From NCBI RefSeq assembly GCF_030144855.1, contig NC_082721.1:43462001-43526000 (forward strand): 64,000 nt of DNA. The letters run 5' to 3'. This stretch comes from Hypanus sabinus (taxonomy: Eukaryota). A program made the translations under genes and the position numbers. Under the pieces are notes generated by a model. That model did not search any database. It saw only the letters and a list, made by a program, of their open reading frames with translations, and had not been told where the DNA came from. Shown here piece by piece: positions 52,126-64,000 of the stretch (its first letter is position 1; each line of letters starts with the position of its first letter).

Positions 52126-55100
52126 ACATGTGAGGGGAATAGAATTGGCATCAATGGAGTTACTCTACTGGGAGCTTATATGGATCCAATGAGCTGAATG
52201 GTCTCATTATGTATTTTGCTAAATATCAGTTGCAGAGTTTATTTTGTAATATTTAATTATAATTACTGATATTTTTCAGTGTAAAATTATGACAAATGAT
52301 AATTATTTCATCTTGTAGGTGGGCAGTGAGATATCACTCACAGAGAAGACATTGGTGTGGGATTTCTCTAATTGTACTGGTGTGTCTCGGTCATTGCATC
52401 ATGAGTGTTGGGTGAATGTGTTTCCTTTCTCAGGAACCTCAGACTGCAATACCGGTGCAGTGGGAAATTGAAACCTGCAGTTATGACTCAATATAGTTAA
52501 TGAGGGAGCACACAGAAAAGAAAACCCTTCCTGCAGGCTGGGATGTTGTTTAACTTGATGTCAGTATTGGGGTACTTAAACTCCTGGCTAGTTGCTCACC
52601 ATTTCGCTAAAGGTAGAGTAGTTCTTGTCTCTAATTTGTGATGGAAAGGAAGATTCCACAAATTCCTGCTAATCAGATCTGAGCTGTAACTTGGCCAGCA
52701 ACTGAACAGATTGGGTGAGAATGGTCCATGGGGTCAGTCTGTGGAGCTATTCTCATGTGAATACCAGTATTGCTTTATCACATGGGATCTTCCAGTCTGA
52801 ATATGTAATGAATGCAGGTAGGGAGATGTCTGCATGAACATCAATCTAGGAGAAGTAGTTCGCTCAACCCTTTGAACCTGCTCTGCCATTCAATAACATT
52901 ATGGCTGACCTTAATGTCCCATTACTCCATGCACCAGGTAACCTTTCACCCACTTCCTGACTTAAAAGTATCAATTTATTCTGATTCCACAGCCTTTTGG
53001 CAAAAAAGAGTTCTAAAGATTTATGGCTCTCTGATAGAGAGACAAACTTTTTCCACATCTGTTCTAAATAAGCTGCCCCTGACTCTTGACCACCAACACT
53101 TTGTCCACAGCATCCAGCCAAGATGTCTTAGGAATGGAGGATCCCATCAATTTCCTCTCTCAGTCTTCAAAATTGCAGTGTGTACCTGCCTCACCTTTTC
53201 TCACAAGATGTCCTGCACTGCAGAGTACTGAATCCAGTAAAAGTGGAGTAAGGAGAGAGGAAGCAGGGTTCCTCCTTCCAGCTATCATTTCATTTCATTA
53301 CATTTTTCAATCTTCTTATTGATTTCCAGTAAAAAAATATACAAATCAGTGGAGAAGTTTAGCAAACAGATAATACAAAAGACATATAAACAGAAGTAAA
53401 AAAAATATATATGTTGTCAAAATCAGACATTTAAAATGTTACGCTGTTATGTATACAATATAATCAACAAACCTCAACTCCTGTTAACAAATCATAAAAA
53501 AAAGATTGGAAATTTTATTTAATAAAAAGGAAAAAATGCCTCTAAACTAAACTAAAACAAAAAAAAGAAAAGGAAAGAAAGATTGGTCCGTCCATTGGAT
53601 GATAAAATTAGAAGAAAAAGAAAAAGAGAAAACATTCTTCTAGTCACCTCCGAACTTTCAGGGATAAGGATTTTCCCTAAAGAGTCTAAAGAAAAATAAA
53701 TTAATAAAAAATAAATTAAATCATATGAAAATATTGAATAAAGGGTCACCAGACTTGTTTAAAATTAAAAGATATATCAAATGTCCAGCTTCTGATTTTC
53801 TCCAAACTTAGACATGGCATAATGCAGGAGAGCCAATAATAAACACAGTCGGTGGATTAGAGTATTTCCAGTATAATAAGATAGCTCTCCTAGCTAATAA
53901 AGTTGAGAAGGCTATCACATGTTGGGCAGAAGCAGACACTCTGCCAGCTTCCTCTGAAATGATCCCAGAAATTGCTGTAAGTGAATTGGGTTGAACATCA
54001 ACATCTATAACTTTAGATAATATTCTAAACACATCCCTTCAAAAATTATTTAAGCTTACAAAGGACCAGTTAGAGCAGTAATGAGTTAGAGTAGCCACCT
54101 CTGCATTACATCTGTCACAAATAGGGCTTATATAAAGAAAAATATATGCCAATTTATCATTGGACATATGGGCCCTGTGTACTATCTTAAACTGAATTAA
54201 GGTATGGCATATACAGATCGATGAGTTAGTGACTAGATAATAAATTTTACTCCATTGATCCTCTGAAAGTGAATGTTGAAGTTCTATTTCCCAAGTGCGT
54301 TGAACCCTATCATTAGACGACATGTGAGCATTCATTAACTGTTTATAAATGATAGCTATTAATTGCTTTCAAAATGGTTTAAGCTGAAAAATAGCATTAG
54401 CCAAATTTGAATAGTAGGCCAAGGGATAATTCAGTAAAAAATCACATAAAAAATTCCTAAACTGTAAATATTTACAAAATGTGCATTAGAGATATCATAT
54501 TTATCCATTAACTGCAAAAAAGACATTAAACAATCCTGTAAGAAGAAATCTAAGAAAGTTTTTAGTCCCTTAATTTTCCATGTTATAAAAGCCTTATCCA
54601 GAGTTGATGGTTTAAAAAAATTAGAATAAATATTACTAGAAAGTAATAATTCAAAAAATCTATGAAACTGAAACTATATTCAGTTAAATCAATGAAATCT
54701 ATGAAACCATATTTTAAAGTATGTTTAACAATAGGGTTGAGAGCTTGTCTACCTATTCTGGTGAATGAAAATGGAAGGGGAGCTCCTGATAAAGAAGCTA
54801 AAGAAAACCCCGTTACCGAATTTTCCTCCAAATGTAACCATAAAGGGCAATCTTGGTTATCTATATCAGAAATCCAAAAAGTAATATAACGAATATTAAT
54901 TGCACAATAATAAAATCTAAAGTTTGATAAGACCAGTCCTCCATCTTTTTTTGATCTTTGCAATAAAAGTTTATTCACTCTAGAACATTTATTATTCCTA
55001 ACGTAAGACAAAATCATAGAATGTATTTAATCAAAAATGTTTTTGGAACAAAAATGGGAACTGCTTGAAATACATATAAACATTTCGGTAAAATAGCCAT

Positions 55101-56336
55101 TTTAATCTCATTTATTCGACCTATCAATGACATTAATATAAGTGACCATTTAGAAAGTGCTTGTTGAGTATATTCAATTAGAGGGGAAAAATGATACTTA
55201 TATAGGTCTTTAAAACTTTTAGTAATTTTGATACCAAGGTAAGTGAAATGGATTTTAGCAATATTCAAAGGTATTTGATCATAATAATCAGAATAATTAT
55301 TAATAGGAAATAATTCACTTTTATGTAAATTAAGTTTATATCCAGAGAAAGAACTAAATTCTGTAAATATAGATAACATAAAAAGGAATAGATTTCCTAG
55401 GGTTTGAAATGTAAACTAATAGATCATCCGCATGTAATGAAACCTTATGTAATTTATCCCCTCTCTTAATACCCTGCACAGAGTCCCTAAGAGCAATAGC
55501 AAATGGTTCTAAAACCAAATTCAAAAATAAAGGACTAAGGGGACAACCCTGATGGGTTCCTCTAAATAATCTAAAATAAGAAGACTTTTGATTATTAGTT
55601 ATAAATGCAGCCATCGGGGCATGGTAAATCAATTTAATCCAGGAAATAAATCCTGGGCCAAAATTAAACCTATTCAAAACCTGAAATAAATAAGGCCATT
55701 CTGCCCTGTCAAATGCTTTCTCTGTATCCAGAGATACAATACATTCAGATTCTTTTACTGAGGGAGAATAAATGATATTTAACAATCTTCGAATATTAAA
55801 ATGTGAGTAACTATTTTTAATAAATCCTGTTTGATCATTAAGATAACATTAGGCAAAATATTCTCAAGTCTGTTAGCTAGAATCTTAGAGAGAATTTTAA
55901 AATCTACATTCAATAAAGAAATAGGTCTACTGGATACACATTCCAGTGGGTCTTTTCCTGTTATAGGAATCTATGAAACCAATGCCTCATAAAAAGTTTT
56001 TGCAATGTTCCCAACGTTTCGTAAAAAATTGGATTTATCTACATTAGGTGCATATATGCACACCAGAGCTACCCTTTGCTTGCATAGTAAACCAGTAACA
56101 ATTAAGTATCTTCCGATCGAATCAGTAATAGTATTAAAGTGTACAAAAGGGATTTTGGGGCTAAGAAAGATAGAAACACCTCTTATTTTAATATCCGACA
56201 ACGAATGGTACAAAAGACCTTTCCAAAATTGGAAAAATCTGTCCTCATCCTGTTTCCGTATATGATTTTCTTGCACAAAAATAATATCCATGTTGTGTTT
56301 TCAATTTCTTAAAGATCTTTTTACGCTTAATGGGGT

Positions 56337-59300
56337 TGTAACGTTCTCCTTCGCGTGTCACGAACGCCGAATTTAACGTCGAGATAAACCACAGTTAATA
56401 AGAACCAGATTGCAGCAAGATTAACCATTTACTGTTCACTCTTCACATTAACATATGGTGAAAACTGTTGATAAAATAATACAAGATTGATACAGTATTT
56501 GTTCCTTCCTTAATATCACATTTCAAGTGTAAATACTTGCAAAGGTGACTATAACTACATTACACTAAGGTGCAGTATACAGGGAGAGTTTACCTGCTCC
56601 ATTGACTACTTTAAATACACTTCCATGCAAACTATCCGCGACTCTTTAACTTACGAAAGCATAAACATTATCTACCGTCGTTACTTCTAACAGGATCGGC
56701 ATTAACATCTTAGTTCAACATATCGATTATCTATTAACTTACAGCGTTGCTCTCACTGTGATTTCTCATGCCTGCAAAACAACTTCTGCTCAGGTGTGCC
56801 TCGTGGTGAGCCCGCACCCTCGCGCTAATTTCAAACCGGTATTTTCCCACAAGACGCGGCGAAACCGGATGTGACTTCATCGCATGCCGATATATTTTAC
56901 ATGCAATGAATATACTTTAAACACTTCTAATTCTAACTAGAAAATACTATCGAATGAATTACTAAGCGAAAATATTATAAACTAAATAACTGTCGTAAAG
57001 ACAGCACACTCCCCGCTTGACCTTCGTAAGGTCACAATGAGCAGAGTACAAAACTTAGTCTCTTAATCAGTCATTGGGTAGAAGTAGAATAACTTCTGTA
57101 ACTGGCCTTTGGTAAATTTTCACATCGCCTTGGTCGGTAGTCTTCAATTCGATCTTCCTGACATGTCCATCCCCACTAGGGAATGTAGCAGTGATTCTGG
57201 CCGTTGGCCAGCTGTTGCGGGTGGCTTGCTTGTCCCTGAACAGGACTAAGTCTCCAACTTGAAGATTCCTGCGGGGTTCTGTCCACTTTTGTCTCTGTTG
57301 CAACAAAGGTAGATATTTTTGTCTCCAGCGAGGCCAGAACTGATTTGCCAGAGCCTGGACTTGTCTCCATTGCTTTGTGTACAAATCCTTGTCTGAAAAG
57401 TCTCCTGGTGGAGGAGGTGCTCCTGCCTTCTGCGTAAGGAGCGTTGATGGCGAAAGTATAAAGGGGTTTTCTGGGTCAGAAGACACAGGTAGGAATGATT
57501 GTGCGTTTATAATGGCTGTGACCTCTGCCATTAGGGTGCACAGTACCTCGTGGGCCAATCGGGTGCGTCGCTGCATCTCAGGTTTCCTTTTCTGGGTTTT
57601 CCGTAAGGACGTGAACCATTTGACTGCCTGCTCTTTGTTATCTGGTGAGCGCTGGCGTGGTTCTCTGAAAGGCAATGGGGCAACCCCATTATTTGCTTCA
57701 TTTCTGAAGACCTTGGTGTCTTTGGGTTTTAAAGAAATGGTATCTTGAGCTGATTGTGCAAGTTTGTTTCCGTGCTCGGTTTGAACGAAAACTGACTGAC
57801 CTAGCGTCTCGTCGGTTACTTTACGCTTGGTAATGTCTTGTTGTGCTTCTTTAGGGTACACCTCAGTGAGGCAGATCTTGGAACAAGAACGGCTTGACTG
57901 AGTTTGACTGCAAACTTCTGTACAGTTCGAGCTGACAATTGTTGTCCTGGAGTGAACCTCTCCCTCCCCGCCGTCCTGTTGTGGGGGTGAAGGAGCGTTG
58001 TCGGTTCTTTCAATCTTGACTTCATCACGGAGCCGTGAGGGTAAATTTCCTTCCTCGTATGGATGTGATGCAATCGTGACTCTCTGAGATTCCTCGTAGC
58101 TGGGGAAGTTATCGAATACGTATGGAGAGGGGAGACGAGCCTGCCTGTCTATTTGAGACTGTACATAGTCGCTTGTGCGTTCCAGTCTGGTCCTTTCTAA
58201 AGTAGATCTTACTGCGGTCAGATCACGCGACCCTTCAGCTTCTTCTATGTACTTTGCTTCCGCCATGGCAGCTTCTTCTTCTCTTTCTAGCTGCAGCACT
58301 TGCAACTCTGTCGATATTTTTGCCATTTCCAACTGGGTTTCGGCTTCTCTGGCGGCCTCTTCTCTTTGTCTGGCAGCCTTTTCGGCTTCTCTGGCGGCCC
58401 TTTCTTCCTGGATTTTGGCTTCTCTGGCAGCCTCTTCTCTTTGTCTGGCTGCCCTTTCTTTCTGGACTTCGGCTTCTCTGGCAGCCTCTTCTCTTTGTCT
58501 GGCGGCCCTTTCTTTCTGGATTTCGGCTTCTCTGGCAGCCTCTTCTCTCTGGATTTCGGCTTCTCTGGTGGCCAGTTTCATTTTCAAAACTGCTTCTTGT
58601 CTGGCATAACGCAGTCGCACCTTGGCAGCTTCTGCCTTTCTGGCGGCCCTTTCGGCTTCTCTGGCAGCCTTTTCGGCTTCTTTCTGGATTTCGGCTTCTC
58701 TGATGGCCAGTTTCATTTTCAAAACTGCTTTTTGTCTGGCGTAACGCAGTCGCACCTTGGCGGCTTCTGCCTTGGCTCTTGCCTGGGTGGACTTACTTGA
58801 TGTCGGTTTACCGCCTTTGTCGCTGGGCGCCATCGACTTGATGCTGGATCGAGCTGACATTGCGGCACTTGAAACACCTGATAATGTTGCTTTTTCACTG
58901 TAACGTTCTCCTTCGCGTGTCCCGAACGCCGAATTTAACGTCGAGATAAACCACAGTTAATAAGAACCAGATCGCAGCAAGATTAACCATTTACTGTTCA
59001 CTCTTCACATTAACATATGGTGAAAACTGTTGATAAAACAATACAAGATTGATACAGTATTTGTTCCTTCCTTAATATCACATTTCAAGTGTAAATACTT
59101 GCAAAGGTGACTATAACTACATTACACTAAGGTGCAGTATACAGGGAGAGTTTACCTGCTCCATTGACTACTTTAAATACACTTCCATGCAAACTATCCG
59201 CGACTCTTTAACTAACGAAAGCATAAACATTATCTACCGTCGTTACTTCTAACAGGATCGGCATTAACATCTTAGTTCAATATATCGATTATCTATTAAC

Positions 59301-59570
59301 TTACAGCGTTGCTCTCACTGTGATTTCTCATGCCTGCAAAACAACTTCTGCTCAGGTGAGCCTCGTGGTGAGCCCCCACCCTCGCGCTAATTTCAAACCG
59401 GTACTTTCCCACAAGACGCGGCGAAACCGGATGTGACGTCATCGCATGCCGATATATTTTACATGCAATGAATATACTTTAAACACTTCTAATTCTAACT
59501 AGAAAATACTATCGAATGAATTACTAAGCGAAAATATTATAAACTAAATAACTGTCGTAAAGACAGCACA
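56337..59570 (-). mobile_element. Internally deleted (non-autonomous) BEL/Pao LTR retrotransposon, 3.2 kb, recent
   Basis: Two 672-bp LTRs (56337-57008, 58899-59570) with TG..CA ends and about 9 differences counted by eye. 5-bp TSD GGGGT at 56332-56336 and 59571-59575. Polypurine tract AAGCGGGGAG at 57009-57018. Confidence 0.93.
57067..58860 (-). CDS. Single 597-aa ORF: Gag coiled-coil N-terminus fused to protease-adjacent, pre-RT and integrase C-terminal (DUF5641-like) remnants
   Basis: (AAREAE)n coiled coil; SRSCSKICLTEVYPK; VAPLPFREPR; LAHEVLCTLMAEVTAIIN; QFWPRWRQKYLPLLQQRQKW..GDLVL..DGHVR. No RT, RNase H or DDE core. Confidence 0.85.
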   Translation of the reverse strand: MSARSSIKSMAPSDKGGKPTSSKSTQARAKAEAAKVRLRYARQKAVLKMKLAIREAEIQKEAEKAAREAERAARKAEAAKVRLRYARQEAVLKMKLATREAEIQREEAAREAEIQKERAARQREEAAREAEVQKERAARQREEAAREAKIQEERAAREAEKAARQREEAAREAETQLEMAKISTELQVLQLEREEEAAMAEAKYIEEAEGSRDLTAVRSTLERTRLERTSDYVQSQIDRQARLPSPYVFDNFPSYEESQRVTIASHPYEEGNLPSRLRDEVKIERTDNAPSPPQQDGGEGEVHSRTTIVSSNCTEVCSQTQSSRSCSKICLTEVYPKEAQQDITKRKVTDETLGQSVFVQTEHGNKLAQSAQDTISLKPKDTKVFRNEANNGVAPLPFREPRQRSPDNKEQAVKWFTSLRKTQKRKPEMQRRTRLAHEVLCTLMAEVTAIINAQSFLPVSSDPENPFILSPSTLLTQKAGAPPPPGDFSDKDLYTKQWRQVQALANQFWPRWRQKYLPLLQQRQKWTEPRRNLQVGDLVLFRDKQATRNSWPTARITATFPSGDGHVRKIELKTTDQGDVKIYQRPVTEVILLLPND

Positions 59571-62239
59571 GGGGTGATTGACACCGTTCCAATTCCAAGA
59601 TATTATATTAATTTTACTAACATCCATGTTTAAAATAGGATTTAATATTATATAAAGTAATGTTATGCAAGCACAGATTAAACCAAAAGGCATGGATACA
59701 ACCAGAAGGAGTTATGTATTGACGAGACAAAAATCCATCAAAAGAACTACCCAATAAAGAAAAAAAACCTACTCTAATGGAACCCTCCCCCCTCCCAAAA
59801 GACAAGAAATACAGCAACCAATAGGCTGGGCACATGCTAAACTAATAACCCTTGATCCTATTCTCCATTTTACAGCTATGTATAATAAGTTAAAGCAAAA
59901 ATCACACGCAAAATAGCCATAATGAAAGGCACAAACAGAATTCAACTACTACAATGTAATGTCTAACAGTAATAAAAACATATTAAACAATGGTCATCTT
60001 AAAATCAGCCAAAGTATCTTAATCACATATTCAAAAAAAGAGAAAGAGAATAAATCTGAGCAAATATTATTACAAAAAATTCTTTCTCTCAAAAAAGAAG
60101 AATAAATAAGTATATATATATAACAGATCTAAAACTTTATTAGTATTGAAACAAATAAAAGAAATAAGAGGATTAATACATGACAGGTCCTAGGCGGACC
60201 AGTAGAGTATAATACTATAAAAGTTCCCTATTAAACAGTTATGTATATACCAATTACTAATAGGTAAAAAATTAATCAGCCACATCCCATACCAAAGACT
60301 AAAAAAGTATAGAATGATCTTAACTCAGAAGATTCATAAACAACTCGTTCAAGAAAATACTTCAGAATTACCTATTGAGTAATTGGGTTAACTTTGTGAT
60401 TTTATTCAGTAGGTGTAACTTTAAGATTTTGAATGTACTCCCAGCCCTCCTGGGGGAGAGTAGATTCTCAGTGACTGAGACTTTTCAGGGAAGATTATCG
60501 GCCTTGCTGGGAAGTGTAGGGAGGGGTATAAATCTAATTTATACATTTCACTCATAACTTCTCGGTATTTCCTTCTTTCGGCAAAGATTTCAGGTGGATA
60601 GTCTTCAACAATATGAATATCTGCTGATTTAAAGATTAACTTTCGCTTCTTTCTGGCTTCTCGAAGTATGGCTTCTTTAGTGTTATAATAATGCAGAGAA
60701 AGTACAATTGGTCGATGATGTAATTCAGATGAATGCCAAGAACATGGAATTCTATGGACTCTATCAATTAAAGGACTAGCTTCCAGGGTCTCACTAAAAG
60801 GTGACTACAACATATCTGAGAAGAATTTTAACAGATTGCCAGGTTCAGTATTTTCAAGCAGTCCCAGAATACGCAAATTCCTCAAACACCCTCTACTATC
60901 TAAGTCAAACATTTTTTTCTTTGTTTTAGATAGTTCCAAGGTAGTTTCATTGATTTTCTTTTCCATCAAAGATATCTTCATTCCTTGATCTTTAATTGTT
61001 TGCTTGAATAGATCATGCTCATTCTCAATTCCGGTTGTAGTCTGCTGAAGAATTTGAAGCTCAGAGTCCAGATTTTTCCAAGAGTCTTGAACCGTAGAAA
61101 TGGCTTTTTCAAGTTTCCTGCTTAAACCCGTCAGCTTATCAATCTTAGTGTTAAGCAACCCGAATTCCAACTTCATGTCTTGTATTGAAGAAAATATTCC
61201 TGCTAAAGTAACAGGTTCCTCCATTTTCTTGGTTTGTTCCGTTTGCTCCATTTCAGGAAAAGTATTGCTGCTTCTCAGTTCAATACCAGAACGACTTTTT
61301 TCGGCCATTGTAAATTAATTGTAAATCCTTCAGTAGAAGTAATAAATCATCAAAGCTAAAAGGATCTATTAGTGGGATATAAAATATATAAAAAAAGGGA
61401 ACCACTAAGAATGTGACTGCTCCTTGTGCTGCAAACTGGCGAATCCTCCAGCTATCAAATCTTAGACAATTGGATTTTATCACATTTGTAAAAACATCAG
61501 TTTACTACTGATAGTCAGTATAAAGTTGTGCAGGGCAGATCATGCCTTACAAAATTGACTGAGGTCTTTGGAGAGGTGACAAAGAGGATTGATGAGGGTA
61601 CAGTAGTAGATGACGTTTACATAAATTTTTCAAAGGTGTTTGACTCTCTGCTTCAGGGTAGCCTGATCCAGAAGCGTAATTCACTCTGGACCTTTGATGA
61701 CTTTATAGAACAAACTTAAACCTGATTGGCTGTAGAAAACATTGGGTAGTGGTGGAAGGGTAATATCCAGATTGGAGGACTAAGGCCAGTGGTGTTGCAC
61801 AGGTACCAGTGATGGGAACTCTGTTTTTTACAACATACAGAAAATGACTTGATTGAAAATACAGAGTTGCTCATTAGTAGGCTTGCAGATTGGCCAAAGG
61901 AATTCAAAGAGAGCTTGCAGTATTCCAGATGTGGTCTCAGCAGTGCTCCTTTCAACAGAAACACTGAATAATGAATTCAGATAAGCTACCTGGACCAGAT
62001 GGGTACACCCCAGGTTTTTGAAAGAGGTAACTGATAAGATTGTGGAGGCTTTTCTAATCATCTTTGAAGAATCAATAGATTCTACAATGGTTTTGCAGTA
62101 CTGAAGATTGCAAATGTCACACCACTTTTTAAAAGGGAGGGACACAAAAGTAGGAAATTATTGCCAGCGGTAGGCAGGATGTTAGAGCCCATTCATAAGG
62201 ATGAGGTTTTGGGGTACACTGAGACACTTGGTCTGGTGC

Positions 62240-62600
62240 GCGTGAGCCCTTGCCATGTTGGTAGCACAATTTATTTGGCAAATGGTTTCTATTTTGATGC
62301 TGCATTTGTAATCACACTCATTTTCATTCTGGACTGCAACTCAGTTTCACTCTTCTCTGTTGATCCATTGATACAGCTATTTCGACTGCTCTTTTAAATG
62401 TAAGCTCTGCTTCAGTTAAATGTCGTTTTTGAATGGTTTCTTGTAATGTTCCAATAAACTTCCTCTTCTTTTGAGCTCAATGATTTTTCCTTTTCCGAAG
62501 AAAACAAGCAGCTCCAAAGAAGCAAAATGTGCCATGCTTTTTTGATACTCAACCACTTTGCTGCACTTTTAAAAAAATTGCACTTCAACAGGTAAATTGT
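62240..62600 (-). mobile_element. Gypsy gag fragment, copy A of a local direct duplication
   Basis: IQKRHLTEAELTFKRAVEIAVSM and LCYQHGKGS (degenerate zinc knuckle) on the minus strand. Confidence 0.65.
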
Positions 62601-63119
62601 CATCACGGTTTCTTAAAACTTCCTAAAACATTAAACCAATCACAAATAAGGGATTTGGGAATAACTTGTGTACTTCATTTTTACTTAAGGGAGGCAATAC
62701 GTATGTCATGCTAGCATCATGACTGCAATTCATGTATTTGTACATATAACCTGAAATGAATTGTTGATACAAAATATTTATGAGATATTTACACCATACT
62801 TACTCATATATTACTGATATATTGATATACAGCAGATAGGCTGAAACTTCAGTCCCTTTTCCAGGGTAGAAATGTCAAATATTAGAGGACATGGATTAAA
62901 GGTGAGAGGGATAAATTTTAAAGGAGATATTTGGGACAAGGGTATTTGTACAGAGAGTGGTAGATGACTGGAATAAAAGTACTGAAGATTGTAAATGTCA
63001 CACCAGTCTTTAAAATGGAAGGACACAAAAGTAGAAAATTATCACCAGTGGTAGGCAAGATGTTAGAGCCCATTCATAAGGATGAGGTTTTGGGGTACAC
63101 TGAGACACTTGGTCTGGTG

Positions 63120-63510
63120 CATGTGAGCCCTTGCCATGTTGGTAGCACAACTTATTTGGCCAGGTGGTTTCTATTTTGATGCTGCATTTGTATTCACACT
63201 CACCTTCATTCCGGACTGCAACTCAATTTCACTCTTCTCTGTTGATCCATTGATACAGCTATTCCAACTGCTCTTTTAAATGACGTTGTGCTTCAGTTTA
63301 AGTGCTATTTTTGAATGGTTTCTTGTAACATTCCAATAAACTTCCTCTTCTTCTGAACTCAAATGATTTTTCCTTTTGTGAATAAAACATGCTGCTCCAA
63401 AGAAATAAAATGTGCCTTGTTTTTTTGATACGTAACCATTTTGCAGCACTGCTGTGGAAACCACTACCCTATGTGGAAAGTTTCACTGCACTTCCGCAGG
63501 TAAATTGTTG
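63120..63510 (-). mobile_element. Gypsy gag fragment, copy B
   Basis: Highly similar to 62240-62600 and preceded by the same CR1 junction. Confidence 0.65.
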
Positions 63511-63514
63511 TCTC

Positions 63515-64000
63515 TGCAAACACGAGGAAACCTGCAGATTCTGGAAACTCAAGCAGCACACATAAAATGCTGGTGGAATGCAGCAGGCCAGGCCAGGCCA
63601 GGAACAAGTACAGCTGACATTTCGGGCCAAGACCCTTCGTCAGGACTAACTGAAAGGAAAGATAGTAAGAGATTTGAAAGTAGGAGGGTAAGGGGGATAT
63701 CTGAATTGATAGAAGACAGGAGGGGGAGAGGTGAAGCTAAGAGTTGGAAATGTAATTGGCAAAAGGGAAACAGAGCTGGAGAAGGGAGAGAATCATGGCA
63801 TGGGAGGCCTGGGGAGAAAGAAAGGGGGAGGGGAGCACCAGAGTGAGATGAAGAACAGGCAATGAGTGATTGTGAGAGGGGCAGAGAGAGAGAAAAAAAG
63901 GGGGGAATGAATGAATGCATGAATGAATAAATAAAGAAAGAAAGAAAAAAGAAAGAAAGAAAGAAAGAAAGGATGGGATAAGAAGGGGAGGAGGAGCATT
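63515..64000 (-). mobile_element. Penelope-like pseudo-LTR and 3' purine-rich tract, ending in (GAAA)n
   Basis: aaacacgaggaaacctgcagattctgg..aaaatgctggtggaatgcagcagg..tttcgggccaagacccttcgtcagg. Confidence 0.7.
63611..63648 (-). ncRNA. Minimal type I hammerhead ribozyme motif in a Penelope pseudo-LTR
   Basis: Minus strand reads tagtc-CTGACGA-agggtcttggccc-GAAA-t-GTC-agctg: core CUGANGA, stem II, GAAA and a GUC triplet. Stem I is imperfect. Confidence 0.5.

Larger units (their letters stand above)
53288..61446 (-). mobile_element. Older near-full-length L1, decayed, internally deleted (~56000) and interrupted by a BEL element
   Basis: ORF1 remnant 60805-61308 (FDLDSRGCLRNLRILGL). ORF2 pieces at 55971-56291 (EN), 55354-55785 (RT, QGCPLSP) and 54039-55379. 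Candidate 11-bp TSD TCCAGCTATCA at 53277-53287 and 61447-61457. Confidence 0.85.

Noticed and set aside
58175-58800. Overlapping plus-strand ORFs of 144-166 aa
   Set aside because: Antisense shadows of the repetitive Gag coiled-coil codons.
4170-61457. Both L1 target sites contain AGCTATCA, suggesting sequence-specific insertion
   Set aside because: The motif is in opposite orientation relative to the two elements and there are only two cases, so chance is likely.

Overview
Vertebrate, repeat-dense genomic DNA. The Ig cluster organisation and the CR1/L1/Rex1/Penelope/V-SINE landscape point to a cartilaginous fish (shark or ray; inferred, species not determinable). The one gene I can support firmly is a complete minus-strand immunoglobulin light-chain cluster of the sigma type (leader 15594-15639, V-J 15134-15490, C 13758-14080, octamer promoter, polyA signal). 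Its V and J are already fused in frame with no RSS, i.e. germline-joined. There are two decayed, intronless USP35-like copies in opposite orientations (1-367 minus; ~40460-41920 plus). An old segmental duplication links ~1.9-3.4 kb with ~52.6-62.2 kb; the second copy was later split by an L1, which was then split by a BEL/Pao element. Mobile DNA includes a young full-length L1 (15-bp TSD, one nonsense codon in ORF2) and a young internally deleted BEL/Pao element whose single 597-aa ORF stays in frame across its deletion junctions. Also present are solo LTRs with TSDs, Tc1, Rex1, RTE, R4/Dong, CR1, Gypsy gag fragments and Penelope-like elements, one with a minimal hammerhead ribozyme core. All protein and family calls come from recalled motifs, not database searches. 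Boundaries of decayed repeats are approximate.
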